56,121 nt of DNA from a virus (taxonomy: Duplodnaviria; Caudoviricetes). Shown piece by piece: positions 40,035-51,508 of the stretch. The stretch's first letter is position 1, and the number at the start of each line of letters is the position of its first letter. The DNA lies in IMG/VR virus record IMGVR_UViG_3300037507_003763, positions 1 to 56,121 of that record; one strand, 5' to 3'. Below the pieces are notes generated by a model. It ran no database searches and was not told the origin of the DNA. It was given only the letters and a program-made list of their open reading frames with translations. The position numbers and the translations under genes are program-made.

Positions 40035-40291
40035 TCGTATATTCTACCATCTCAGCAGTTATATTTCAACCAATAATCATGCGACGTTTACGCTGGTATA
40101 ATGTATCAGAACAAAAACGAAACGGATAAAAAATATGAACAAAAAAATAGACATGAACCCAGATTATCTGCGCGCAATGCATTTGTTAAAGACACGAATT
40201 AAATATCCGATTGATCTCATTAACATTTGGAGTGTATTTGGTCCTTGCGTAGAGCCTCATCCGGCAATTGAAAATTTAAGAAGAAAGTAAC

Positions 40292-40320
40292 TTGACAGGA
40301 CTTGACAGCATGTGTATACT
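40292..40320 (+). promoter_or_regulatory. sigma70/SigA-type promoter for the late block
   Basis: TTGACA (40292), 17-nt spacer, TATACT (40315). Confidence 0.7.
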
Positions 40321-40445
40321 GGATATAAGCAAGACTATAAAGTATATCCGTAAGTATAATAATAATGTGTATACATACACTGTAGCATTTGCTCATAAAA
40401 CTCCTATTCAGGGTACTATTTTATTATAGATAGAATAGAGGCTTT

Positions 40446-41934
40446 ATGAAAATATATCAGATATATATTCCAGAGCTTGCAACCTATGCAAAGTTCAAGG
40501 TATTTGAGCCAGAACAAATTGAACAGTTTGTAGTTTCTTTCAAAAAAGAAAATAAAGATCCAGATCTTTTAACTTTTAGAAAAAAAGTTGTAGAAACTTT
40601 TGTATTTAATCTTAAATCTGATATAACAGATTCTCTTCGCATGATGAGTAGGCAAGCAGCAGAGTCATGCATAGACGCATTATTTAACGGATGCATAATG
40701 CTCAATCCAGGTCTAGATATAGACCTTTGGTTGAGTATAGCCTATACGGGAATACTTGAGGATATTGATGCGCTCAAGGACATTGATTTTTCTAATAAAG
40801 ATTCTGCTTTTATCGAATCACTAAGGAATATGAAAAAGACTAGCAAAAAATTTCCTAAGATTGATTTTGACGATTTTCCATTTGATATGAATCCAAAAGA
40901 AAAAATTAAACCAAAGATAAAGCAGATATCTAAACAAAAATATCTTGGACTAGAAAACCATCTTAAAACAAATGTCATAGGTCAAGATCAAGCTGTTGAG
41001 AATATAGTCTCTTCCTTACGAAGGTCTCAAGCTGGATTATCAGATACCGACAGGCCACTTGGCGTTTTTATGTTTGCTGGATCATCTGGAGTAGGGAAAA
41101 CACACCTGGCAACAGTGCTACATAAATATTTATTTGGAAATGACTATCCTTTAGTAAGAATAGATTGTGGAGAATTTCAACACAAACATGAGAACCAAAA
41201 ACTGATAGGATCTCCTCCACGGATATGTTGGTCACGATGAAGGTGGTCAATTAGTAAATCAAATAAAACAGTATCCCTCAAGCGTAGTTTTGCTAGACGA
41301 AGTTGAAAAGGCACATCCAGATCTATGGAGTACATTTTTAAGAGTTTTTGATAATGGAGTTTTGACAGATTCCAAGGGTGAAGTTGTAAACTTCAGAAAT
41401 ACAATTATTATTTTAACAACAAATTTAGGAAACGATAAAACTACAGAACATCTTCTAGCTGGAGGAACTGGATTTAATAGAGATATTAATTACAAAAACT
41501 CTACTAAAAAAATCCCAGAAAGATCCATGCTAGAAAAAAATACTAATGAAGCTATCCGCAAACATTTTAAACCAGAATTTCTAAACAGAATAGATAAAGT
41601 AGTTGTCTTTAATTACCTTTCACAAAAAGACTGCAATACGATAGCCAAGTTAGAGATGTCTATTACGGCAGAAAAATTGAGAAAAAAGGGTTATTCATTC
41701 GAATATTCTCAAGATGTAATAGATAATTTAATAGAAAGAGGGATAGATAGCGTTAAGGGGGCAAGAGGTCTTTCTCAAATTAGAAGAGAGCAAATTGAGT
41801 CACCAATAGCTGATAGTATAATAAATGAGCCAATTCCAAGGGGTAGCATATTTGAGCTTTACTTTGAGGATGAGATTTTTAAGTTCAGCGTCAAAAAACC
41901 CAAGAAGCAAACAGGGTTGTTAAAAGAAGTTTAG
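40446..41934 (+). CDS. ClpA/ClpB-type (D2 domain) AAA+ ATPase, about 495 aa with a +1 shift at CGG 41220
   Basis: VIGQDQA, RPLGVFMFAGSSGVGKT, LIGSPP|GYVGHDEGGQL, VVLLDEVEKAHP, FKPEFLNRID and GARGL. The conserved PPGYVG motif is restored only by skipping one base at 41220. Confidence 0.9.
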
Positions 41935-41968
41935 TTTACTATATATTAAAATAGGAAAAGGAAAAAAT

Positions 41969-42582
41969 ATGCGCGTTCCAAGAACTACAGGTAGAATGCT
42001 GGGGTCGGCAAGGTCTTACTCAACTAGACTTTTAACTCCAGCAAGATCAGCCTACACTTCTAGTGGTGGAGGAGTAAGAGGTTTTGCTGCCGCTGCTGGA
42101 ACAGTTAAAAGGCCAATGATGGTCGGTGGAGGTCTTTTTGCAGGGGCATCAGTAGTTGGCTCTAGAAGAACTGGCGGATTAGATAAAACAGTTGGAAGAC
42201 CAACTGGGATGTATCAATACTAAGGAGTAACATGAGAGTTTCAGGCAGGATAGTCAGCTCAGCTAGAGGTGGAATTAATAGAATAAGTAGAGCTGCATCC
42301 TCCATGTCAGGTCGCATTGGAGTAAGCGGAATTGACGATGCGTTTGCTGCAGTCGGGTCAATGACAAGACGTGGAAGAGCTGAGATGGAATTGGGTATGG
42401 GCGGAAGATTTGCCGACATAAGGAGACAGAACTTAATAGGATACGGCAGAAGAGCAACTGGTTATGCCGGAATAGGAGCGTCTGCTGTGATTGCGGCGTC
42501 TTCCAATAGATCTACTGGAGCCTATACTCCTGGACCACGTCCAGCAATGTCAGCTCCCCCAAGCATGGGACGCTTTGCTTAA
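41969..42582 (+). other. two small Arg/Gly/Ala-rich basic proteins (41969-42223, 42232-42582)
   Basis: RBSs present; low-complexity basic composition; possibly virion core proteins. Confidence 0.6.
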
Positions 42583-42597
42583 AGTATAATATAGATC

Positions 42598-43011
42598 ATG
42601 AACAATTGGAAAATGTACATAAATGAAAATGGTGATTTTGAATTACCAAATTTTCTTTATAAAACAGTCATGGACCTAATGAAGCAATCACTGGATATGG
42701 GTACTCTTTTATCTGAGGATCAAGCAAAGTTAAGGGCCTATAAAGAGCAAACAAAAAAACTGTTTAAAAATAAATGGTATGAAATAGCAAAAGCTCTAGA
42801 AGCGTTTTCGATAATTGATCCGTGCATATGCTCCACGCAAGAAAAAGAAACTTATTGCGACATATGCAAGGGGGCTAGATATATAATAAGCTCAACTCTT
42901 ACCCCAGATCAAATGAGAGAAGTTGGCCTTTTTACTAACGCAGGAACAACCTCAGATATAATAAATAAGTTACAGAAAAGTCTAAACGAAATACTTTCTG
43001 AATATCCATAA
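42598..43011 (+). CDS. hypothetical protein with CxC...CxxC
   Basis: PCIC...YCDICKG. Confidence 0.65.
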   Translation: MNNWKMYINENGDFELPNFLYKTVMDLMKQSLDMGTLLSEDQAKLRAYKEQTKKLFKNKWYEIAKALEAFSIIDPCICSTQEKETYCDICKGARYIISSTLTPDQMREVGLFTNAGTTSDIINKLQKSLNEILSEYP

Positions 43012-43021
43012 AGTTGGAAAA

Positions 43022-43744
43022 ATGTCTGAAATAGAAAAAAAAGAAAAAGTTTCTTTTATGAAACAGTTTGAATCACTTAGGCCTGATTTATTTTTTCCAG
43101 AGTCATGGACTGATGATGAAAAAGAAAAAGCAGTAGAACTAATAAAGCCACAGAAAACAAGAACAGCTATGTTCTCGTCTATACCAATGAACTGCGAAGC
43201 AGAGAAATGTATCTTTGCGGATACATGTCCTCTCTTAAGGGAAAACTTAGCTCCAAGAGGAAAAGCATGTCCAATAGAGATGGGAATGGTTGCTCAGTTC
43301 ACTGCAGAATATTTAGATCAATTAGAGGTAAATCCAAATAATTTAGTGGAAGTCTCCATGGTTAGAGACTTAGTTGATCAAGAAGTCCAATATCTTAGAA
43401 AAACAAAACTTTTAGCAAAAGAACATTTTGTTCAAGAAAATATAATTGGCGTAGATCAAGACGGTAATCCAATTTTCAAAAAAGAACTTCACTTGGCTGT
43501 AGAACTAGAAGACAAATTACATAAAAGAAGAAAAGATTTAAGAAATCAACTTTTGGCCACACGTGAAGCAAAAGCAAAGGCTGGTCAAGTTCAACTTGAT
43601 ACAGCACAAGCAATATCAGATATTATAGGAAAAGTACAGTCAATAGAAAATAGTAGAGAAAAACTATTGAAACAAAAAATGGGAACTGCCGAACTAGACG
43701 AATACATCATTGATTCAGAGGTAGTCGAAGAAAAAGAAGTGTAG
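43022..43744 (+). CDS. Cys-containing coiled-coil protein (possible terminase small subunit)
   Basis: C-x4-C-x5-C...CPIE, then a helical coiled coil; upstream of TerL in the late block. The function is a guess. Confidence 0.4.
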   Translation: MSEIEKKEKVSFMKQFESLRPDLFFPESWTDDEKEKAVELIKPQKTRTAMFSSIPMNCEAEKCIFADTCPLLRENLAPRGKACPIEMGMVAQFTAEYLDQLEVNPNNLVEVSMVRDLVDQEVQYLRKTKLLAKEHFVQENIIGVDQDGNPIFKKELHLAVELEDKLHKRRKDLRNQLLATREAKAKAGQVQLDTAQAISDIIGKVQSIENSREKLLKQKMGTAELDEYIIDSEVVEEKEV

Positions 43745-43751
43745 GTAAAAA

Positions 43752-46700
43752 ATGCCAGAACCAGGTGGAATACCACTGAGAAGGTTTCCTGTAGTAGCTG
43801 GCTCAGGTGGAAATACTGTATTGGAACAACTCTATTCTATGTTCCAAAATCTTGGCAAATCAGTATTTGGAACTGGGGATGATGAGGCAGCTCTCAGACC
43901 ACTACTGGAAGATGCAATAACAAGAAACTTGCATCAGCCCATAGACGCCGGAGTTATTAGATCAATCTATGGAAGCTCAGAGGAGCAATTGAGTAGATAT
44001 GCTGATTTTGACCTTGCATACAGGAGAGCTGTTAGAGATGAGTTGACTAGTGGAGTTGGGATTAACGCTGCAAGAAGGGCACAATTAAGAAACGCTCTAA
44101 ATCCTAATTCTGAAATCAACCTAGGACTGATATCTTCGGTAAGAGCAAGAAGAGAACTTCAAGCAACATTCAACATTGATGTTCTTAAGGTTGGAGATTT
44201 AATAAAAAACGCACGGAGTTCCAAGCATCTTTCTTCCAACAAACAACGCAACTGGAAGAACTATGTCCATATATTCAACAAGCTCAAATGGTGGTTACGA
44301 ACCGATGCTGGATCTTTTTCAGAACGGTACATTCAGCATTGATCCAAGGTCCCAGCAAGGCGCCTTTACTCCACCAGAACTTTCGTTTAGGATGGGTACA
44401 AGTTCTCTTCCATCATTAGAAACTTTAAGAAACAGAGTTGCGCTAGGAGGAAGAAGAGGTATTCAAGACCTACCAAATGACTCTGTTCTTTATTTTTTAG
44501 ATACAGAAACTACTGGTGCAGCAAGATCGGATATAATTAGATCTATCTCCATGAGAGAAACAAGATTGTCTAATGTTTCTGGAGTTGCTCAAATATCTGA
44601 TCCATCTCCTGGAAATTTGGGAGCGAGATTTGTAACCGCTCAAATGGCTTCACTTCCAGCAGCAGATCCATCAGATTTAACAAGAACCATAAGTTTTGCA
44701 GATGCAGTAATAAAAAGGGAAACTCACTTTGGAACACCAGCAGCAAGAGGATTAACAGATAAAATTTTTGACTTAACTTCATCTGAGGGAAGAGTTTCTG
44801 CAGCAAACTATTATCAAGAAACATTTAGAAGACTAACTCAAGACAACGCGTATCTTGTTGCATATAACGCTAGATTCGACGCACAAAAATTAATGGACTC
44901 GGCTTCTTCTCTTGGAGAATTTATGGACAATCCAGAGTCAAGACAATTATTAGAAAAGCTCCAACAAAAAATAGCTAATGGCGGAGTTATTGACATATTT
45001 GAAATGGCAAAAACAAGACTAACGGACAAACTTTCTGCCAGACTTTCTGCTGCAGGAGACGACTCAGAAAGAAGGGCACTACTAGGAATAGAGTCCCTAT
45101 TGTCTCCAAGAGCATTAGGTAGAGCGCAAACAGCCGGTGAAGCGGTAAAGCCATTTGGTTTGGAAAACTTAGTCGAATCATCAAATTTATTAACCTTGAT
45201 GGCCAGATCAGGGACAACAGAGGAAATGGAGATTATTAACACTTTAGCCTCTGGGGCATCAGCTCACATTGACGTTACTGACGAAACTGTAGCAAGGCTT
45301 TTATTTAAACACATGCAAAGCCTAGACTTAAATGTGCCTGGTGCAGCTCCAGATTTTAGTGGACTAGATCCATCTGTTGTTTCAAAAATTCAAAGAGGAC
45401 AATTAAACATAGCTTCGGCAAGAGCAATGGTTTCTACTGTTAATTTGTCTGATCCAAGATATCTTACTGAAAATGTTTTGGGCCATATGATGAATGTTGA
45501 AGAAGCTTTTCAGAGAATTGAAGTGGAAGCTCCATTAAGTGCAATAATTGGAGGAGCAGCTTCAGAAAGAGGAACCCTTAGATACGACCCTTCATCTGGT
45601 CAATATAAATTTATATCACCAAGATCTGGGTTAAATGCTCCTATAGAACAAACAGTTGAAAGATCAACAGCAGAAGGTTTCATAAGAAGAGAAATAGCTG
45701 CAGTTAGATCACTTGCGCCAGACGCAAGTCTTGAGGGAAGACAAGCAATAATATCTACACTTGGCATTTCGCCTATCCAGCAAGCAAATATAGAATACAC
45801 AAATAGATTTTTGACATCTAATATAAATTCCAGAATTGCAACTGGATCAATTTCTCAGATAAGCACATCAATAGGAGAAAACGAAGAAGCATTTTTTAGA
45901 GCAATGTCTGCAACTGGAAATGTAACTGGTTTTTCTGCAGAAACAGCTCCAGATGGAAGTGGCTTTCTTGGAAGAGTTAGAGGCGCTCATCAAATAGTGG
46001 GGAGATCATCAAGAGAAGCTTATGTTAAAGCTTTATATGAGGGTGGAGTATCTTCAGCATCACTAAACCCGGAATTAAGGTCAGCAGTGGTTTCTCTTTC
46101 GGCAATGACTTCAGAGATAGGCGCAAAAAATCAATCTCTACTCAAATCCCTATTCCCCGAAATTGCAGACGCAGAAGAGTTGCAAGGAAGAGTTTCAGCT
46201 GCAGAAGGACTTGTTGCTAGAAATATTAGATCAATGAGTGACATTGGGATAACTCATATGAAGACGCAAAAAACTCTTTCAGTTGGTGAGTCTGTAATTG
46301 CACTTCCATTTAGTGTACTAAAGCAAATGAAGACACTAGATGAATCTGGAAATCAAATAGACTTTTTGAATGGATTAGGCCAAAGGTCTTCAAGGGTTAG
46401 ACTTTCTGTTGCTGCAAGAGAGCGTGGAGTAAGCGTAAATGCAATATTTGGTGGATCACTTGGCCAAAGAATGACTGAATCACAAGCTAGAGTGGCTCGA
46501 GTTGAAGCAGAGTCAGCATATGCAGCAGTCAGGGGAATGGTCCAGGGTAAGAGCCCCGAGGCGATGGTTCAAGAAGGTTTGGCGGCCTCTAGGTCTCAAG
46601 CCTTATCTACACTTGCGTCTGTTCAGGATAAAGAAAGATTTGTATCTTCATACATGGAAAGAGGATTTATAGGAGCTACTCTTGAAGCTTCAGACGATGT

Positions 46701-47391
46701 AAGTGAAAACACTGTACAGAATGTAGCAAGAGTAGTTCAAGAATTTTCTGGAGGTGTAGATAATGATTTAATCGCAGTTCAAAGGGGACTGGTGATGAAC
46801 GCTGCACAAATGGATGAAGACAGCGCAGCATTTGCCATAAGAATGTCTGATGAGGCTATGCAGGAAGCACAAAGAGCAGGACAAGCAGGGGTAGACTTGA
46901 TGGCAAGATCTTCTGCCGGCTCACAGCTAGACATATTGAGAGGAGCTTTAAGGAGAGGTGTTGATGATCCAGAATTTTTCGGAAGACTCAGAAGTTTTCT
47001 TTCAAGAGCAGAACCATCAGAAGATCTAGCTTCAGCAAGACCAGTTGCAAGAAGAGCATTTAGGGATGCAAGTATCCTAGAAAAAATGGATATTTTAAAA
47101 CCAAAAATCTACAAAGGAGCGATTGGTGTAGCAGCTCTTAGCGCTGGTTACTATTTAGCAAGAAGAGGTTCGCAAAATCAAGCCTTTGAAGAAGTAATGG
47201 AAAGGCAGCCGACTGAACAAGGCCCACTTTCAATTAAAGAATTTAACGATCTTGATCAGACTTTAGCTAGTCAAACTTCTTCTAGGAGAGATCCTTTGGT
47301 TACAGCCGGAGTTGTTGGAAATTTAGATAGAAATAAATCTAATCACCACAAAATGGGATCAGATAAATATAATCATTTATTCGGAGCATAA
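43752..47391 (+). CDS. large (~1212 aa) virion-like protein with a DEDDh exonuclease-like domain, +1 shift at CGG 44214
   Basis: YFLDTETTG, LVAYNARFD and AHIDVTDE motifs. ORFs 43752-44342 and 44263-47391 join at GCA-C-GGA. Confidence 0.7.
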
Positions 47392-47393
47392 AA

Positions 47394-48044
47394 ATGCCAG
47401 CAGGAAATCCACTTGGATATTTAAGCAAAATAGGAAGAAGAGCAGCTACTACTCGGTAGAAAAATCGGCAATGTAATGAGGCACCCAACTTTTGGGGCAG
47501 GTAGATATGGTGCAGGTGCCTTAGCTCGGAACATACATAGCCTACAAGGGTTTTAAGGGAGTGTCGGATCAAGTGGTTCCAGCAGTAACAGACGCAGCTA
47601 TGGATGTAGCCTTCAACGATCCTCAAGCAGATAGAGCAGTTCTTGGAACTGATTTAACTCCAAGCATGTATCTTGGCGTTAAAGGCCCAAGCGTAATAGG
47701 ATCTTTCGCAAGAGGTCAAAACGCAGTAAGGTTTGGTGTTGGAGCTGGGACCAATCCAGTAGCAGCGTCTATGGTTCCGGGCTTACGGCGGAGCTCTTAC
47801 TGGAGCTGGACTTGGGTATAAGAGAAGTGGAGTAAAAGGAGCTATTGTTGGGGGAATAGCTGGTGGAGCAATGGGGGGAATGCTTGGCGGAGGAGCAGCT
47901 GTTGGTCAAGCAATTTCAACAGCAAGAGCAAACAGGCAAATAATATCTGAATCTCCTTTTTATAATCACTCAGCTTTAACCGCACAAAGATTAAATGCCA
48001 GTGGTAACATAGTTCTCGGAATGCACAATCAGAGGAGAGGCTAA
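47394..48044 (+). CDS. Gly-zipper-containing virion/membrane-like protein (~215 aa) needing three +1 shifts (CGG at 47454, 47527, 47786)
   Basis: The ATG is 2 nt after the previous stop, and the corrected frame ends in TAATG overlapping the next start. Contains GAIVGGIAGGAMGGMLGG. Confidence 0.75.
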
Positions 48045-49627
48045 TGCCATTAAATCCAATGACTGGTCAAGTGGATTATGGTGGAGCATCATACGATCCG
48101 CAAAACTTAAATGCCACAATGGGTATGCGTGCAGCAGCAAGAGCGGATGTTCAAACTCCGTTTGTTTTTGATCTATTAGAATCTCTTCCAAGCGTAACAA
48201 CATCAGCGCTGTTTAATGCAAGGAGATACGTTGGCACCTTAGAAAAAGGTGGGTTTTTTGATGTTGGATCAAGAACAACTGGGAGGCAATTAAGAAGAGC
48301 TCAAAGATATGGCTCAATGGTCGGTGGCCAACCAGCTGCTACAACAGCACAACAATTTATAGGTGGAAGATCTGGCGGTTTAATATCAAGATATGCACAA
48401 AGAAGAGTAAGACAAGGTAAAACTCCTCAATTACTTTCCGCTAGAGCGAACAATCTAACAACCAATCCAAGAGCAGTCGGAAGATTTTCTTCCTTAAGAG
48501 CTTTAGCTGGAGATACAACAAAGGGATATACTCCTTTTCAGGCAATACCAAGTGCAATAAACTCACTTGCCTCTAGGTCAGCTAGATTTAGGGGAAGATT
48601 CTTAGGATCAGATTTTGATCCAGCAACAAGTAGAGCTTACTCTGGTGGAGTACTAGGTCGAATCTCATCAATGCAAAAAGTTAATAGCTTAAATTCAAGA
48701 ATACTTAAGTTTGAAAAAGATTTTGCAAGTGCTACCGGTGGAGCAGTTAGAAGAGTTGGCTCAAAAGAAGGAGCACAAACCTTAGGCCGTTTTAGGCAAG
48801 CTAGATATACAAAAGCTCTGCAAACCAGACAAGCTATAGCGACCAATGCAGTAAGGGTTGCTAACATAACAAATCCAATTCCTACAGCAGCATCACTTGC
48901 ACGTCAAAGCCCCAGGTTTGCTGGCTCAACCATGATGACAGCATCAGAAAGAATGGCAATTGCTAGAAATGCAAGAGCTGGAATGGTTGCCGGTAGAACG
49001 CAAGCGGCATTTTCGTCAACCAGCAGATTTATAGGAAACGAAATGACTTCTGGAGTTTTAAGTAATAGAATAACTTCTTTTGTCGGTGGAGCCCTAAATA
49101 TGGCAGATGCAAGCGCATCACAAATATCTGCATTGAGAAGAGTTGCAGCTAGAACTGGTGGTGTTTCAGCTGGAAGAAACGCAGTTTCAGCTTTTAGCAT
49201 GGGCGGTCAATATGTGGGTGGATTTGCAACTGAAGTTAGGGGTGGATTTAAAATGATGGGAATGGCCACCAAATATATGAAATCTGGTGGTTCTAGGGCA
49301 GCTGGACTTAAAGTGGCTTCGATGGGCGCAGTAAAGGCAGCTTCTCCATTCCTAATGCCATTAAACGTTCTCGCAACTGGTCAATTAATATACGATATAG
49401 GTAAAGGTGTTGGAAAAATAGCATCATCTGGCGTAAACTTTGCTAAAGATGCGCTAAAATCTATGCAAGGAACTATTAATAAACCAATGTTTGGAACTGG
49501 ATTCAAAGATAACGAAGTGGCTGCTACATCAAGGGCTAGAGGCGTAATGGCAATACAAAACTCAAGGCTAAATGCAAGAAGCTTGCTTGGATCAGAAGCC
49601 GCAATGCTAGCAGCACATTTTGGATAA
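48044..49627 (+). CDS. basic Ala/Gly/Arg-rich protein, probably internal virion or ejection protein
   Basis: 527-aa ORF directly before TerL. Confidence 0.6.
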   Translation: MPLNPMTGQVDYGGASYDPQNLNATMGMRAAARADVQTPFVFDLLESLPSVTTSALFNARRYVGTLEKGGFFDVGSRTTGRQLRRAQRYGSMVGGQPAATTAQQFIGGRSGGLISRYAQRRVRQGKTPQLLSARANNLTTNPRAVGRFSSLRALAGDTTKGYTPFQAIPSAINSLASRSARFRGRFLGSDFDPATSRAYSGGVLGRISSMQKVNSLNSRILKFEKDFASATGGAVRRVGSKEGAQTLGRFRQARYTKALQTRQAIATNAVRVANITNPIPTAASLARQSPRFAGSTMMTASERMAIARNARAGMVAGRTQAAFSSTSRFIGNEMTSGVLSNRITSFVGGALNMADASASQISALRRVAARTGGVSAGRNAVSAFSMGGQYVGGFATEVRGGFKMMGMATKYMKSGGSRAAGLKVASMGAVKAASPFLMPLNVLATGQLIYDIGKGVGKIASSGVNFAKDALKSMQGTINKPMFGTGFKDNEVAATSRARGVMAIQNSRLNARSLLGSEAAMLAAHFG

Positions 49628-49629
49628 TT

Positions 49630-51507
49630 ATGACATCAATATTGAAACAAAAAACAAATCAATTTAGAAAAGATCTAGAAAAATTATCTAGAGAAGATCT
49701 TATTGAAATAATAAAAAATCAAGATATTGAATCCTACAAGCAAGTAAATAGAATTGAATGGGTATTCAAAAATAAGCTTAAACACTTAAACTGGGCAAGT
49801 GGTGAACCAATTGTAGAAAGGCCATTGACAAAAAGAGAGCTATCACTTTTGGTTGATGAACCATTTGAGGTTGATAATGAGCTTTTAGAGGCTGGCATAT
49901 CTGCAGAGCAACAAAGACAGATTCACATAGCTAAAGATCCATGTATATGGGCAAAACAATTTTTAGGTGCAGAGACAAGAGTTTATCAAACTTTAATTTT
50001 GCGCGATCCATCCCTTAGAAAGGTTTTGAGAGCTGGTCGTCGTCTTGGTAAAACATTTAGTATGGCGATAGCACTTCTTCATTATAGCTACACAACAAAA
50101 GATGGCAGATGCTTAGTGATCGCACCTATGAAAACGCAGGTAGAACTTATTTATCAAGAAATAGTTAGACTAGCATCAAAAAATGAGATAGTAATGAACT
50201 CGATAACAAGAAAAGTTACGAGTCCTCAATTTATGATACAGTTTTCCAATGGCTCAACAATAAGATTCTTTACATCAGGTATGAGATCTGGTGGAAAATC
50301 TGACGTAGCTCGTGGTCAAGAAGCACACATGATAGTTTTAGACGAAATGGACTACATGCACAGTGACGACCTAGATGCCCTTTACGCTATGCTTCAAAAA
50401 ACTGCAGAAGATCAACCAGACAAAGTTTTGATAGGGGCTTCAACTCCAACAGGAAGAAGAGAAAGATTTTGGGAGTGGTGCAGATCTGATAGATTTCAAG
50501 AGTTCTGGTTCCCATCCTATTGCAACCCGTTTTTTTCTAAAGAACAAGAAGACGAATTTAGGGAACAATATTCCGAAATAGGTTATAGACATGAAATAGA
50601 AGCTGACTGGGGTGAAGATTCAGAGGGTGTGTATCCAAGAAAGTTTGTTGATAAAGCATTCGTTGAACCAGGCTGGAACTATATTCCAGAACTTACTTCT
50701 GCAAGAAGTTTTCACACAATTGGTGTTGACTGGGATAAATATGGAGCTGGAACAAACATAGTGGTAGTTGAAGTTTGTGCCGATTCGTATGAAGAAGATA
50801 GATTCAGAAATAAAGTAAAACTATGCTACAGAGAAGAAATACAAAAGTCTGAATACACTTTAACAAAAGCAGTTTCTAGAATTATAGAACTAAATAACAT
50901 TTTTCATCCTAAGCATATTTATGTTGATAGGGGCTACGGTGAGGTCCAAGTAGAGCTACTGCATAAGTATGGCGTAGAAAATCCTTTAAGTGGCTTAAAG
51001 GATAAAGTTAAAGGCGTAAGCTTTAGTGAAACAATTGACATAAGAGATCCTTACACTAAACAAATTGTAAAAAAAGAAATTAAGCCATATATGGTAGACA
51101 ATTTGAGGCAGTATTTAGAAAAAGAAGTACTAGTTATTTCTGAAAAAGACGCAGAAATGTATATGCAGTTAATCTCTTATGTTGTTTTAAGAACTACACA
51201 AACTGGAAGGCCAGTTTTTGAAGCTGGCGGTTCTGCAGTAGACCATGCGCATGACGCATTAATGCTTGCGCTATTGGCAATAACAGAGAATTATAATGAT
51301 CTTCACAAGGTTAAGTTTGCTACAAAAACAGAGTCGTTTTCTAATACCTTTTTTATGCCCAAAGCCAGTGGTTCATCTGATTCAGATTTTCCTTCAGAAA
51401 CAACAACTTTATCTGGCAGAGCTGATAAACTTGCTCAAGCAAGATTTGGGGCAAAAAAAGCTTTTCTTAAAAAGCCAAATTCCTCAATAAAGAGAAAGAC
51501 TTTCTAG
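49630..51507 (+). CDS. terL: terminase large subunit
   Basis: AGRRLGKT (Walker A), RG, IVLDEMD (Walker B), ASTP, IGVDWD, YVDRG and DHAHDAL (nuclease). Confidence 0.93.
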   Translation: MTSILKQKTNQFRKDLEKLSREDLIEIIKNQDIESYKQVNRIEWVFKNKLKHLNWASGEPIVERPLTKRELSLLVDEPFEVDNELLEAGISAEQQRQIHIAKDPCIWAKQFLGAETRVYQTLILRDPSLRKVLRAGRRLGKTFSMAIALLHYSYTTKDGRCLVIAPMKTQVELIYQEIVRLASKNEIVMNSITRKVTSPQFMIQFSNGSTIRFFTSGMRSGGKSDVARGQEAHMIVLDEMDYMHSDDLDALYAMLQKTAEDQPDKVLIGASTPTGRRERFWEWCRSDRFQEFWFPSYCNPFFSKEQEDEFREQYSEIGYRHEIEADWGEDSEGVYPRKFVDKAFVEPGWNYIPELTSARSFHTIGVDWDKYGAGTNIVVVEVCADSYEEDRFRNKVKLCYREEIQKSEYTLTKAVSRIIELNNIFHPKHIYVDRGYGEVQVELLHKYGVENPLSGLKDKVKGVSFSETIDIRDPYTKQIVKKEIKPYMVDNLRQYLEKEVLVISEKDAEMYMQLISYVVLRTTQTGRPVFEAGGSAVDHAHDALMLALLAITENYNDLHKVKFATKTESFSNTFFMPKASGSSDSDFPSETTTLSGRADKLAQARFGAKKAFLKKPNSSIKRKTF

Positions 51508-51508
51508 T

